Assembly (NCBI GenBank): GCA_017617435.1
Contig: JAFZWF010000021.1
Span: 1-52,509 of the forward strand
DNA from: Bacilli bacterium
GTDB lineage: Bacteria; Bacillota_I; Bacilli_A; RF39; UBA660
Direction of reading: 5' to 3'
DNA: 52,509 bases
The notes beneath the pieces were generated by a model that worked only from the letters and a program-made list of their open reading frames with translations, ran no database searches and was not told where the DNA came from. Shown here piece after piece: positions 1 through 8,826 of this stretch (the stretch's first letter is position 1; every line of letters starts with the position of its first letter). The translations under genes were made by a program, and so were the position numbers.

Positions 1-257
1 CGACCTTGACGGTCAAACTCACACTCAGCAGCTCCTGAGAAAAATGATCTGATGAAAGTACGTGCGTCTTTCTTAGTAAATGGTAATTTTTTTAGTTTAT
101 CAACGATATTATTCCACTCAGAAATTGAGTAAGCATATAAACACTTCTCAAGACCACGTGTAATAATGAAACGTTCACCAAGTTCAAGTCTGAACTTGTT
201 TGGTATAACTAATCTGCCTTTTTCATCAATATTATGATGAAACTCGCCCATGAACAT
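1..257 (-). CDS. mraZ: MraZ division/cell-wall cluster transcriptional regulator (5' part, runs off the window)
   Basis: Manual translation from ATG at 257: [23 protein letters not shown]...[12 protein letters not shown]...ECEFDRQGR, with two DxxGR motifs; not in the ORF track. Confidence 0.95.
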   Translation of the reverse strand, partial: MFMGEFHHNIDEKGRLVIPNKFRLELGERFIITRGLEKCLYAYSISEWNNIVDKLKKLPFTKKDARTFIRSFFSGAAECEFDRQG

Positions 258-266
258 TGAAATCCC

Positions 267-300
267 CCACTTTCTTCCACTATCTGCCACTGTCTACCAC
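267..300 (-). promoter_or_regulatory. MraZ binding repeats (four GTGG at 10-bp spacing)
   Basis: Plus strand CCAC ends at 270, 280, 290 and 300; minus strand reads GTGG-N6 x4, directly upstream of mraZ. Confidence 0.85.
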
Positions 301-301
301 T

Positions 302-330
302 ATATTACTAAAATTCATGTTGGTTGTCTA
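302..330 (-). promoter_or_regulatory. sigma-A-type promoter of mraZ
   Basis: Minus strand TAGACA-17 nt-TAATAT, immediately upstream of the GTGG repeats. Confidence 0.65.
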
Positions 331-353
331 TAGAAAAATGTTAATTTCTTTAC

Positions 354-387
354 AAAATAAAAAAACTTTACACATGTTGTAAAGTTT
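354..387 (-). terminator. Intrinsic terminator after the CptN-like gene
   Basis: Inverted repeat AAACTTTACA/TGTAAAGTTT with a T-rich tail on the minus strand. Confidence 0.7.
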
Positions 388-392
388 ATATA

Positions 393-874
393 TTAACTAG
401 TTGTTGATAACTTTTCATTCTTTATATTCTTTAGAATTTTATTTATATCAACTAAAAAAAGATTTTTACCCTTCTTCCTCATTGCAAACATTAGCACTAA
501 TTTATCTTCAATTTCTTTAGCAGTTTTACTTATAACTTTAGCAGGAATACCATTATTCATTAAATGTTGATGGTCTATAAAATCTATAGTACATGGGAAA
601 GCATTTTGAAGTAAAATTGCTGTTTCCTTTCCAAGAACTTTTCTAATCAAAATTGTATCGCATAATCCATACTTATATATTTTATTATTTATAATTTTTT
701 TGTACTTATCAATTTTACTACTTAGAGGAACAAACCATAAAATACTCCCATCTACAATTGCTAAATAAAGAGGTCTTTTACCTTTTCCTTTATGATTTCG
801 CATTAAACTTTTGTCATCATACAATTAAAAAAATCATCTTTTATATGGTACAAGAATCCATTAGAAACGTTCAT
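393..874 (-). pseudogene. Type III toxin-antitoxin CptN-family endoribonuclease toxin, frameshifted near codon 17
   Basis: ORF 393..824 has RPLY...LWFVPLSSKIDKYKKI...CDTI...AILLQNAFP, matching CptN motifs. The family-like N-terminus MNVSNGFLYHIKDDFF starts at ATG 874 behind RBS GAGGTG but lies in another frame, 1 nt short at 824-826. Confidence 0.8.
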
Positions 875-898
875 AATAACACCTCAAGTTGCTATTAT

Positions 899-942
899 AA
901 AAAACAAAAAAGGAAAATTCTGTCGCATTTTAGAATTTTCCT
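899..942 (-). terminator. Intrinsic terminator between the putative antitoxin RNA and the toxin gene
   Basis: Stem AGGAAAATTCT (911-921) / AGAATTTTCCT (932-942) followed by a long U tract on the minus strand. Confidence 0.85.
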
Positions 943-969
943 CTCTTTGTTGAAAAAAATTTCAACATA

Positions 970-1023
970 TCCTCGTCCGGAATAATTTATTACTCGCACC
1001 ATCCGGGAGCGAGATAATTTATT
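970..1023 (-). ncRNA. Putative CptI-like pseudoknot antitoxin RNA (single unit)
   Basis: GC-rich patch. Minus strand stem 1 CUCGC(1013-1009)/GCGAG(997-993); loop CCGGA(1006-1002) pairs with UCCGG(981-977); A-rich linker UAAUAAAU; lies upstream of a terminator and a CptN-like gene. Confidence 0.65.
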
Positions 1024-1033
1024 TTATAAAGAA

Positions 1034-1222
1034 TTATTTTTCTTCTTTTTCAACTTTAACTACTTCTACGTTTTTGTAATATCCACATTTTGGACATGCT
1101 CTATGAGGTCTTACAGTTGCACCACATTTAGGGCAAGTTGTTAAAGCTCCTACTTCTTTCTTTAAATGAGTACGACGCATTCTCTTTTTAGTTTTACTAG
1201 TTCTTCTAAAAGGTACTGCCAT
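1034..1222 (-). CDS. rpmF: 50S ribosomal protein L32 (zinc-ribbon form)
   Basis: MAVPFRRTSKTKKRMRRTH...CPKCG...HRACPKCGYY; start moved to ATG 1222 behind RBS AAGGAG. Confidence 0.97.
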   Translation of the reverse strand: MAVPFRRTSKTKKRMRRTHLKKEVGALTTCPKCGATVRPHRACPKCGYYKNVEVVKVEKEEK

Positions 1223-1226
1223 GATA

Positions 1227-1709
1227 TCACTCCTTCCCTTCATCAAGTAGCTTACTAAGTTCAGCTAATCTTGGATCTATCTTATTTTCTTCTTCATTAT
1301 TAAGCTCCCAACCTTCACCGGAAAGATGAGCATCTTTTTCTTTCGTAATTGAAATCGGAACTTCCAATACAATATTTTGCCATAAAATCGGCATAATATC
1401 AAGTATATTTTTGCTATTTTGATAATATTCCTTAATATCTTCATTAGATTCGCTAATTATTTCATTAATGTTGATAGAATATGGGTAATCTATTGGATCA
1501 AGCGTAATACTATCTTCAAGCACCATAATACCTTCTACATCTAAATCAAGTTCTATTTCATCCGATACATTATAGAATATCTTTCCATCAACTTTTATAG
1601 GTTTTAGTTCTTTTATAGATGTATTTTTATATAGTTCTTCATCAATTGTTAATAACTCATTAATATTAATAGTTCCATTTATATTAAGTTTATTTAAATC
1701 TATCTGCAT
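1227..1709 (-). CDS. YceD/DUF177 (YlbN-like) protein
   Basis: C-terminal IDPRLAEL and ILWQNIVLEVP motifs; conserved position upstream of rpmF. Confidence 0.9.
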   Translation of the reverse strand: MQIDLNKLNINGTININELLTIDEELYKNTSIKELKPIKVDGKIFYNVSDEIELDLDVEGIMVLEDSITLDPIDYPYSININEIISESNEDIKEYYQNSKNILDIMPILWQNIVLEVPISITKEKDAHLSGEGWELNNEEENKIDPRLAELSKLLDEGKE

Positions 1710-1803
1710 ATCATTTCACCATAAAAAGTATATCATAAAACATTAATTAATTACCACTTTAACTTCTTAAAGTGGTAAAATGAATGTAAGAAGGTAGATA
1801 TAA

Positions 1804-2907
1804 ATGGAAGTTATCGGCGTTATTGCAGAATATAATCCTTTTCATAATGGACATAAGTATCATCTTGATGAAATTAAAAAAAGGTATCCTAAAAGTATAA
1901 TAGTTCTTGCACTTAATGGTTACTTTTCTGAACGTGGTGATATTTCACTTTTAACAAAAGAAGATAAAACTAAGTTAGCTCTTGATTATGGTGTTGATAT
2001 AGTTGTTGAACTTCCAACACTATTTGGTACTCAAAGTGCTGATATTTTTGCTGAGGCATCTATAAAAATATTAAATAATTTTAAAGTAAATAAAATAATT
2101 TTTGGAAGTGAATCAAATAATATATCTATTCTAGATGAAATAGCAAGAACACAACTTTATGATCCTGAATTTAATAATCGAGTAAAAGAATATTTAAGTG
2201 AAGGTGTTAATTATCCAACTGCAATGGCAAAAGCCCTAAACATTGAATTTGATTTTAATCCTAATGATTTACTTGGCGTTTCATATATTAAAGCCGCACT
2301 TAAAAATAATTTTGAAATAGAATTTGAAACAATCAAAAGAACCAATCAATATCACGATATAGTTTTAGATGAAGATATTGTTAGTGCATCAAACATAAGA
2401 GAAAAAATAGAGCAAAATCTTAACATTGAAAAATATGTACCGTATAATCCAGAAGATTATATTGTTGATATTAATCCCAAAAAATTCTTTGATTTACTAA
2501 GATATGAAATCATAACTAATAATCATCTAGAAAACTACTTAACGGTTGATGAAGGAATTGAAAACAAATTAAAAAAAGAAGTCTTAAGAGCATTTAATCG
2601 TGAAGACTTAATTTATTTAATTAAATCAAAAAGATACACTTATAATAAAATATCAAGAATGTTTATTCATATACTTTTAAATGTTGAGAAAAAAAGCTAT
2701 ACTCTTGACTATACTAAGGTTTTAGGTTTTACCCAAAATGGGCAAAAATATTTAAGTAATATTAGAGATGATTTAATTTTACCTATTAATCCCGACATAA
2801 ATAGTGAAATGTTTAAATATGAAATCAAAGCATCATACATATACGATTTATTAACAAATACTAAAACACTAGCTTTTGAAACAAGAAATAAACCTATAAT
2901 GAAGTAA
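1804..2907 (+). CDS. tmcAL: tRNA(Met) cytidine acetate ligase (YlbM, HIGH nucleotidyltransferase)
   Basis: AEYNPFHNGH, FGSE, PNDLLG, SASNIR and KSKRYTYNKISR motifs; divergent from ylbN-rpmF. Confidence 0.92.
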   Translation: MEVIGVIAEYNPFHNGHKYHLDEIKKRYPKSIIVLALNGYFSERGDISLLTKEDKTKLALDYGVDIVVELPTLFGTQSADIFAEASIKILNNFKVNKIIFGSESNNISILDEIARTQLYDPEFNNRVKEYLSEGVNYPTAMAKALNIEFDFNPNDLLGVSYIKAALKNNFEIEFETIKRTNQYHDIVLDEDIVSASNIREKIEQNLNIEKYVPYNPEDYIVDINPKKFFDLLRYEIITNNHLENYLTVDEGIENKLKKEVLRAFNREDLIYLIKSKRYTYNKISRMFIHILLNVEKKSYTLDYTKVLGFTQNGQKYLSNIRDDLILPINPDINSEMFKYEIKASYIYDLLTNTKTLAFETRNKPIMK

Positions 2908-2941
2908 AAAATCAGTTTAGTTTCGACTAAACTGATTTTTT
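2906..2941. terminator. Bidirectional terminator
   Basis: AAAAATCAGTTTAG / CTAAACTGATTTTT inverted repeat between convergent genes. Confidence 0.8.
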
Positions 2942-3474
2942 ATTTCTTCATATACACTTACAAATTCATCATATGTATTAACGATTTTATAACATGAAAA
3001 TAGTTCATTATCAATAAAATTTTTCTCATATAAATCAATTAAAGTATCGTTGATTTTATCAAACCATCCTTCTATGTTATATATAATTAATTTTTTCGAA
3101 CTACTATTGCTTCTTATTTCTTCAATAAATGATAATGGCTCAGAAACACTTCCAATACCACCTGGTAAACAAATTAACAAATCAGAATCATAAAATAATT
3201 GTTTTTTTAATTCAAAAGTGTCATCTAAAATAACATGATCAGCATTAGGTAAATCAGCTAGTTCATAAATGTATTTTTTTGTAGTATAACCATATATTTT
3301 GTTACCATGCTTATTAAATTCTTCATAACATATACCCATTATGCAGTATTCACCAGATCCCCAGTTTAATTCACATCCTTGATTTGCTAAATACTTTATA
3401 ACTTCTCTTGATTTATCTAAATAAATCTTATCAACATCTACACGAGACGCACCACATGTAATTGCTACTCTCAT
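2917..3474 (-). CDS. LOG-family (SLOG) nucleotide phosphoribohydrolase-like protein, divergent
   Basis: CGAS, WGSG and LPGGIGSVSE (variant of PGGxGTxxE), YNIEGWFD. Confidence 0.8.
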   Translation of the reverse strand: MRVAITCGASRVDVDKIYLDKSREVIKYLANQGCELNWGSGEYCIMGICYEEFNKHGNKIYGYTTKKYIYELADLPNADHVILDDTFELKKQLFYDSDLLICLPGGIGSVSEPLSFIEEIRSNSSSKKLIIYNIEGWFDKINDTLIDLYEKNFIDNELFSCYKIVNTYDEFVSVYEEIKNQFSRN

Positions 3475-3486
3475 AATATATACTCC

Positions 3487-4305
3487 TTAATCTTTTTGAC
3501 AATTAGGGCAGTAGTAAGCACTACGCCCATTTATTTGTTCACACTTAATTATATTGCCACAATTATAACACTTTTCATTTTCTCTTTTGTGAACTTTTAA
3601 ATCATACTGGAATCTACCTGTTACACCAAGGGATGATGTATAACTTCTAATTGTAGTTCCACCAGCTTCTTCAGCTCTTTTTAAAATGTCTCTAGAGTTA
3701 TCAATTATTTTTTGACACTCTTCTGAACTTACTTTATTTGCAGGTCTATAAGGATTAATATTTGATGCAAATAAAACCTCATTTGCATAAATATTACCAA
3801 GACCTGTAAATATTGTTTGATCTAAAAGTACAGTTTTAATATATTTTTTTGTATGAGAATATTTTTCATGTAAATATTCTTTTGTTAGTCTTTCATCACA
3901 TGGATCATAACCCATTTTTCTAATTGCAGGATATTCATAAAGTTTATCTTTATCAACAAGTGCAAGAATACCAAATCTTCTTGTGTCATTATATATTAAG
4001 TCTGTATTGTGATCTAAATGAAAATATACCATATCATGAAATCCTGGTTTACTTCCTTTTTCTTTAATAAAATATTTACCTTCCATTCTTAAATGAGAAA
4101 GCATATAAATATCTCCTAGATCAAAAATTAGCCATTTACCTATTTGTAAAATATCTTTAATGGTTTTATCAGATAATTTTTTAAATTCATCTAAATTAGT
4201 TTCAATAACTTTAGGATAATAAACATCAACCGATTCAATTTTATATCCTCTTAATTTATGAAGCAAAGTTTTTCTAACTGTTGCTACTTCTGGCATCTCT
4301 GGCAT
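3487..4305 (-). CDS. mutM: Formamidopyrimidine-DNA glycosylase
   Basis: MPEMPEV, HLRMEG, GLGNIYANE and C-terminal zinc finger CYNC...CPNCQ. Confidence 0.97.
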   Translation of the reverse strand: MPEMPEVATVRKTLLHKLRGYKIESVDVYYPKVIETNLDEFKKLSDKTIKDILQIGKWLIFDLGDIYMLSHLRMEGKYFIKEKGSKPGFHDMVYFHLDHNTDLIYNDTRRFGILALVDKDKLYEYPAIRKMGYDPCDERLTKEYLHEKYSHTKKYIKTVLLDQTIFTGLGNIYANEVLFASNINPYRPANKVSSEECQKIIDNSRDILKRAEEAGGTTIRSYTSSLGVTGRFQYDLKVHKRENEKCYNCGNIIKCEQINGRSAYYCPNCQKD

Positions 4306-5203
4306 TTATATTACTCCTTTTTCTTGCATGACTATGCATGCTTTCAATTATCCCTTTATAATTTGCTTCTACATATTCACACATTTCTTTAAATATATGA
4401 TTTTTTTCATCATAATTTGAAGCATTATTTATAAGTTCAAAAGTTTTAAAATATACTTCATCAGAAAAATCTTGAAGTTTATAAAATCCTATTCCTAACT
4501 TTTTATCTATTAAAGTATTATCATGATAGATTTGTGCCTTAATAATAATATCTTGAATATTTTCACTAGGAAACATCATTAATGATTTTGCCATTTCATA
4601 AACAATTAAATATTCATCTTCGACTTCTCTATATATTCCAAGTTTTTCACATAATAATTTTTCTGTATAAACATTTAATCCTTCTTCTAATCCCATACCA
4701 TTTGAAAATGAACTTTCATCAGAACAATAACCTTCTTCTTTTTTAATTATTGATATTGTTCTTAAAAAACCACTTCTATGCGTTAAAACATCATTTCTTA
4801 CTTCAAATTCATGATTATAAGATTTTATTAAGTGACATATTTCATGAACTAGGACGGCTTTTACTTCATCATAATATAAATCACTACCATTTATTAAAAT
4901 GCTTCTATCTATATAATCGACTTTAAAAGTACGACTTTTTTTATCATATTTAACAAATGGTTCACTTACATATACACCACATAAATCAATGTTATCTGAA
5001 AGTGAAAGTGATTCATATAAACTAGGATCTTTTCTAGCATACTCTGATATATCACCACACATGATAATTTCACAATTATCAAGAGCATTATATATTAGAT
5101 TTTCATCTTTAAAAAAATCAACTAATAATGGATATAGTCTTTTTAAAAAAGAAGATAGTTCTTTATTATATTTATATTTTTTGATAATACTTTTAATCTC
5201 CAT
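4274..5203 (-). CDS. Hypothetical HExxH zinc-metalloprotease-like protein
   Basis: VLVHEICH plus downstream GLEEGLN; RBS AAGGGG directly after the polA stop; overlaps the mutM start. Confidence 0.65.
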   Translation of the reverse strand: MEIKSIIKKYKYNKELSSFLKRLYPLLVDFFKDENLIYNALDNCEIIMCGDISEYARKDPSLYESLSLSDNIDLCGVYVSEPFVKYDKKSRTFKVDYIDRSILINGSDLYYDEVKAVLVHEICHLIKSYNHEFEVRNDVLTHRSGFLRTISIIKKEEGYCSDESSFSNGMGLEEGLNVYTEKLLCEKLGIYREVEDEYLIVYEMAKSLMMFPSENIQDIIIKAQIYHDNTLIDKKLGIGFYKLQDFSDEVYFKTFELINNASNYDEKNHIFKEMCEYVEANYKGIIESMHSHARKRSNINARDARSSNS

Positions 5204-5211
5204 AAATCCCC

Positions 5212-7758
5212 TTACTTAGCTTCGTACCAATTCTTTCCTGTATCTGCACTCACAACAAGTGGTACGCTAATTTTATATATATTTTCCATAGCATCTTTTG
5301 CTACTTTTATTAATTCATCAAGTTCATCATTAAAACAATCAAAGATTAATTCGTCATGTACTTGCATAACAATTTTACTTTTAAAGTTATGATTTTTCAT
5401 TTCATCATAAACTTTAATCATTGCCATTTTCATAATATCTGATGCTGTTCCTTGAATAGGTGTGTTAAGTGCTATTCTTTCACCTGCTTGTCTAATCATA
5501 TAATTAGTATTTTTTAATTCTTCAATTACTCTTTTTCGATTAAATAATGTTTTAACATATCCATTTTCATAAGCATATGAAATGTTATGTTTCATATATT
5601 CATCTACTTTAGGATAAAGTGATAAATATTTATCAATATATTTTTTAGCTTCACTGGGTTTTAGTTCTAGGTTTTCACCAAGACCATAACCACTAATACC
5701 ATACACAATACCAAAGATAACTGCTTTTGCTGTTCTTCTTTGATTTTTAGTAACTTGTTCTTCAGATATATCAAAAATATCTGCGGCAACTTTAGTATGA
5801 ATATCTTGACCATTATTAAAGGCTTTAATTAATTCTTCATCACCTGATAGATGTGCTAAAATTCTAAGTTCTATTTGTGAGTAATCAATACTTAAGAAAG
5901 TATCATTTTGAGGTAGAAATGCTTTTCTTACTTTTCTTCCTTCTTCATTTCTAACAGGTATGTTTTGTAAATTTGGTTCAACGGAAGAAAGTCTTCCAGT
6001 TCTAGTTAAAGTTTGTTTATAAATTGTATGAACTAAACCATCTTCGTGAATATAATCTTTTAAACCATCTAAATAAGTAGATGCTATTTTAGCTAGATTT
6101 CGATAGCTTAGTATTTGCTCGATAATTGGATGATAATCTGAAAGTCTTTGAAGAACTTTAACATCAGTTTTAAATCCAGTTTTATTTGATTTAGGAGCTG
6201 GAAGCCCTAAATCAACAAATAAGACATCACCAAGTTGTTTAGGTGAATTAATGTTAAATTCTTTACCAGCTAGTTCATAGATTTTTTTCGTAATTAAATC
6301 CATTCTAACTTCGATATCTTCTTTCATATCATCAATTATTTTTGTATCAACATATACTCCAGTTTTTTCCATATCTGATAAAACTTTAACAAGAGGAAGT
6401 TCTATTTTTAAAAATAAATCTTCCATTTCTTCATCAATTAGTTTTTGATACATCTTATCATAATAATCTAAAATAAATCTTGCTTTTCTTGATGCATTTT
6501 CAAAGATAACATTTTCATCAACTTTTTTAAGTTCATTTAAAAGTTTAACTTTTTCTTTATTTTCTAGAATCAAATAACCAAAATCTTCTTTGTGCATTGG
6601 ATTAACTAAATAATCAATTAGCATTAAATCTCCATCTACATTAATAGATAAATTTGATAAAAGTTTTTTATAATCATATGTATAAACCTTTTTATTTTTA
6701 AAATCCAATTTTTCAACAACATCTTGTTTAACAAAATAGTTATTATCACCTGATGATATACCATAACCAATAACATTTGATCTATAGTAATTTTCCGTTT
6801 CATAACATGCATAAATAGCTACTTTATCAGATAATATTACATCATCAACACTATTAACTACACTATATTCAAATTCATCTTTTTCTTCTTCGATAGGACT
6901 ATCTATTTTTTTAAGAAGTGAATAAAATTCTAGTTCATTATAAATATCTGTTAGTTTACTTGGATTTATTCCTTTATATTTCATTTCTTCATAGTTTGTA
7001 TTAAGAGGAACATCTCTATAAATTGTTGCTATTTCTTTACTTTGAAATGCCGAATCTTTATCATTTTCTAACTTCTCTTTAAGTTTACCTTTAATCTCAT
7101 CAATATGTTCATATATACCTTCAACAGAACCATAGTCTTGTAAAAGCTTTAATGCAGTTTTGTCACCTACACCAGCTACTCCAGGTATATTATCAGATGG
7201 ATCACCAGATAAACCTTTTAAATCTATAATTCTTATTGGTTCTATACCATACTCTTCTTTAAACGAAGATCTAACATATCTTATATAATCTTTTTGTTTT
7301 AAAAGTTTCATTTCAGTTTCATCAGATACTAATTGAAGTAAATCCTTATCAGATGAAACTATTAATGTATATGCATCAGGATCTTCTTCAGTCATTTTAG
7401 AAATAGTTCCAATTATGTCATCTGCTTCATAAGGCTCAAGTTCAAAGTATTTGATGCCCATGGCATCAAGCACTTCTCTAGCCTTTGGCATTTGCATAAT
7501 TAATTCTTCTGGAGTTTTATTTCTACCTTCTTTATAAAAAGAATATTTTTGCTTTCTAAAGTTTGTACCTATATCAAAAGCAACAGCCATATATTCAGGT
7601 TTTTCTTCTTCAACTATTTTATTAATCATATTAATAAAACCATATAGAGCATTAGTTGGAAAACCTTTAGAGTTTTTCATAATATTACCTGTATAAGCAG
7701 TTGCAAAATAAGATCTAAATAATAAATTATTTCCATCAACCAAAACTATCTTTTTCAT
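5212..7758 (-). CDS. polA: DNA polymerase I
   Basis: 5' nuclease motifs (DGN, YEADDIIGT, GDPSDNIPGV) and polymerase motifs TGRLSS, DYSQIELR, QVHDEL. Confidence 0.98.
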   Translation of the reverse strand: MKKIVLVDGNNLLFRSYFATAYTGNIMKNSKGFPTNALYGFINMINKIVEEEKPEYMAVAFDIGTNFRKQKYSFYKEGRNKTPEELIMQMPKAREVLDAMGIKYFELEPYEADDIIGTISKMTEEDPDAYTLIVSSDKDLLQLVSDETEMKLLKQKDYIRYVRSSFKEEYGIEPIRIIDLKGLSGDPSDNIPGVAGVGDKTALKLLQDYGSVEGIYEHIDEIKGKLKEKLENDKDSAFQSKEIATIYRDVPLNTNYEEMKYKGINPSKLTDIYNELEFYSLLKKIDSPIEEEKDEFEYSVVNSVDDVILSDKVAIYACYETENYYRSNVIGYGISSGDNNYFVKQDVVEKLDFKNKKVYTYDYKKLLSNLSINVDGDLMLIDYLVNPMHKEDFGYLILENKEKVKLLNELKKVDENVIFENASRKARFILDYYDKMYQKLIDEEMEDLFLKIELPLVKVLSDMEKTGVYVDTKIIDDMKEDIEVRMDLITKKIYELAGKEFNINSPKQLGDVLFVDLGLPAPKSNKTGFKTDVKVLQRLSDYHPIIEQILSYRNLAKIASTYLDGLKDYIHEDGLVHTIYKQTLTRTGRLSSVEPNLQNIPVRNEEGRKVRKAFLPQNDTFLSIDYSQIELRILAHLSGDEELIKAFNNGQDIHTKVAADIFDISEEQVTKNQRRTAKAVIFGIVYGISGYGLGENLELKPSEAKKYIDKYLSLYPKVDEYMKHNISYAYENGYVKTLFNRKRVIEELKNTNYMIRQAGERIALNTPIQGTASDIMKMAMIKVYDEMKNHNFKSKIVMQVHDELIFDCFNDELDELIKVAKDAMENIYKISVPLVVSADTGKNWYEAK

Positions 7759-7820
7759 ATACTTTCACCCTATAAATATTATACCATCTTTTATATGATA
7801 TTTTTTATAAATATTTAATT

Positions 7821-7856
7821 AAAAAAAGAAATAGTTTAATTAACTATTTCTTTTTT
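7821..7856 (-). terminator. Intrinsic terminator
   Basis: AAAAAAGAAATAGTT / AACTATTTCTTTTTT inverted repeat after the orphan gene. Confidence 0.75.
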
Positions 7857-7872
7857 AATACAATACAATTGT

Positions 7873-8694
7873 CTATTTTTTTGTGCGTCCTCTACCATTA
7901 GAATTTTCTATAGCTATATTATATAATTTTTTATATTCTTTGTACCAACCTGTGTCAAATGATTCAAGATTATCAAGAAAAGTAACATAACTCATACTTG
8001 GACTAAAAAGTATTTTCCCACAATAAGTAACGATTGCACTATCATATTGTTTTCGTCCATAATCATTATCACAATCTTCCCATACTTCTTTAGTATCAAA
8101 AGTAATATTATTTGCATGATTTAAATTACTTTTTGAAACATAAATAAATCTTGCCTTAAGAAGACCCATTTTTTTATAAAAAAAGTTATCAGGATCATTT
8201 TGATATTCCTTTTTTAAATTATAAACAAATTCCTTATCTTCAACTCGTTCATACCATGCTATTAATCTTTTACAATTTCTTTCTCGTTCATCAGCATATT
8301 TTTTAACTTTAAAATATTCCTGTACAATAAGATCTATTCCTTTAATTAATTCATCATAATAATAATTATTAAAAACAAAAGTATTATCTTTTCTTTCAAA
8401 CAAATCTACTCTGTCATAAACATAATCACTACCACATGCATGGCTTATAAGAGTACATATTTCATAAGTCATTTTTTTATCTTTATTTTTATTGTAATAA
8501 AATTGAAAATCATTTTTCAATTTATATGTACCATATATACTAGATTTATACTTATTAGCAAGATAATTAACACAAATATCAATATTTTCTAATATTTTAC
8601 ATAAATATTCATAATGCTCTTTATATAATTTTTCCTCTTTTTTTCTTTCTTCTTCTAGTTCTTTATTAAGTCTTCTGTTTTCAAAAAAACCCAT
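7873..8694 (-). CDS. Hypothetical protein (Tyr/Lys-rich, basic C-terminus)
   Basis: Long ORF; likely start MGFFENRR at 8694 behind AAGGTGG; own terminator. Confidence 0.7.
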   Translation of the reverse strand: MGFFENRRLNKELEEERKKEEKLYKEHYEYLCKILENIDICVNYLANKYKSSIYGTYKLKNDFQFYYNKNKDKKMTYEICTLISHACGSDYVYDRVDLFERKDNTFVFNNYYYDELIKGIDLIVQEYFKVKKYADERERNCKRLIAWYERVEDKEFVYNLKKEYQNDPDNFFYKKMGLLKARFIYVSKSNLNHANNITFDTKEVWEDCDNDYGRKQYDSAIVTYCGKILFSPSMSYVTFLDNLESFDTGWYKEYKKLYNIAIENSNGRGRTKK

Positions 8695-8796
8695 AACAAT
8701 CCCACCTTTACACATAATATAATATCATCATATATTTCATATTATATATACCATTTTTTTATACCTTATATAAAATATAATCATATGTAAATAATT

Positions 8797-8826
8797 AAAA
8801 AAATAAGATTATTCATCTTATTTTTT
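8797..8826 (-). terminator. polC terminator
   Basis: AAAAAATAAGAT / ATCTTATTTTTT inverted repeat at the polC stop. Confidence 0.7.

Noticed and set aside
758-985. Plus-strand 75-aa ORF as a protein antitoxin
   Set aside because: It is antisense to the toxin start, terminator and pseudoknot, and has no RBS or family features; the RNA-antitoxin layout explains the region better
982-1023. AATAAATTAT direct repeat (32-nt period) as a CRISPR or tandem antitoxin array
   Set aside because: Only two 10-nt AT-rich copies; the GC core is not repeated and there are no cas genes
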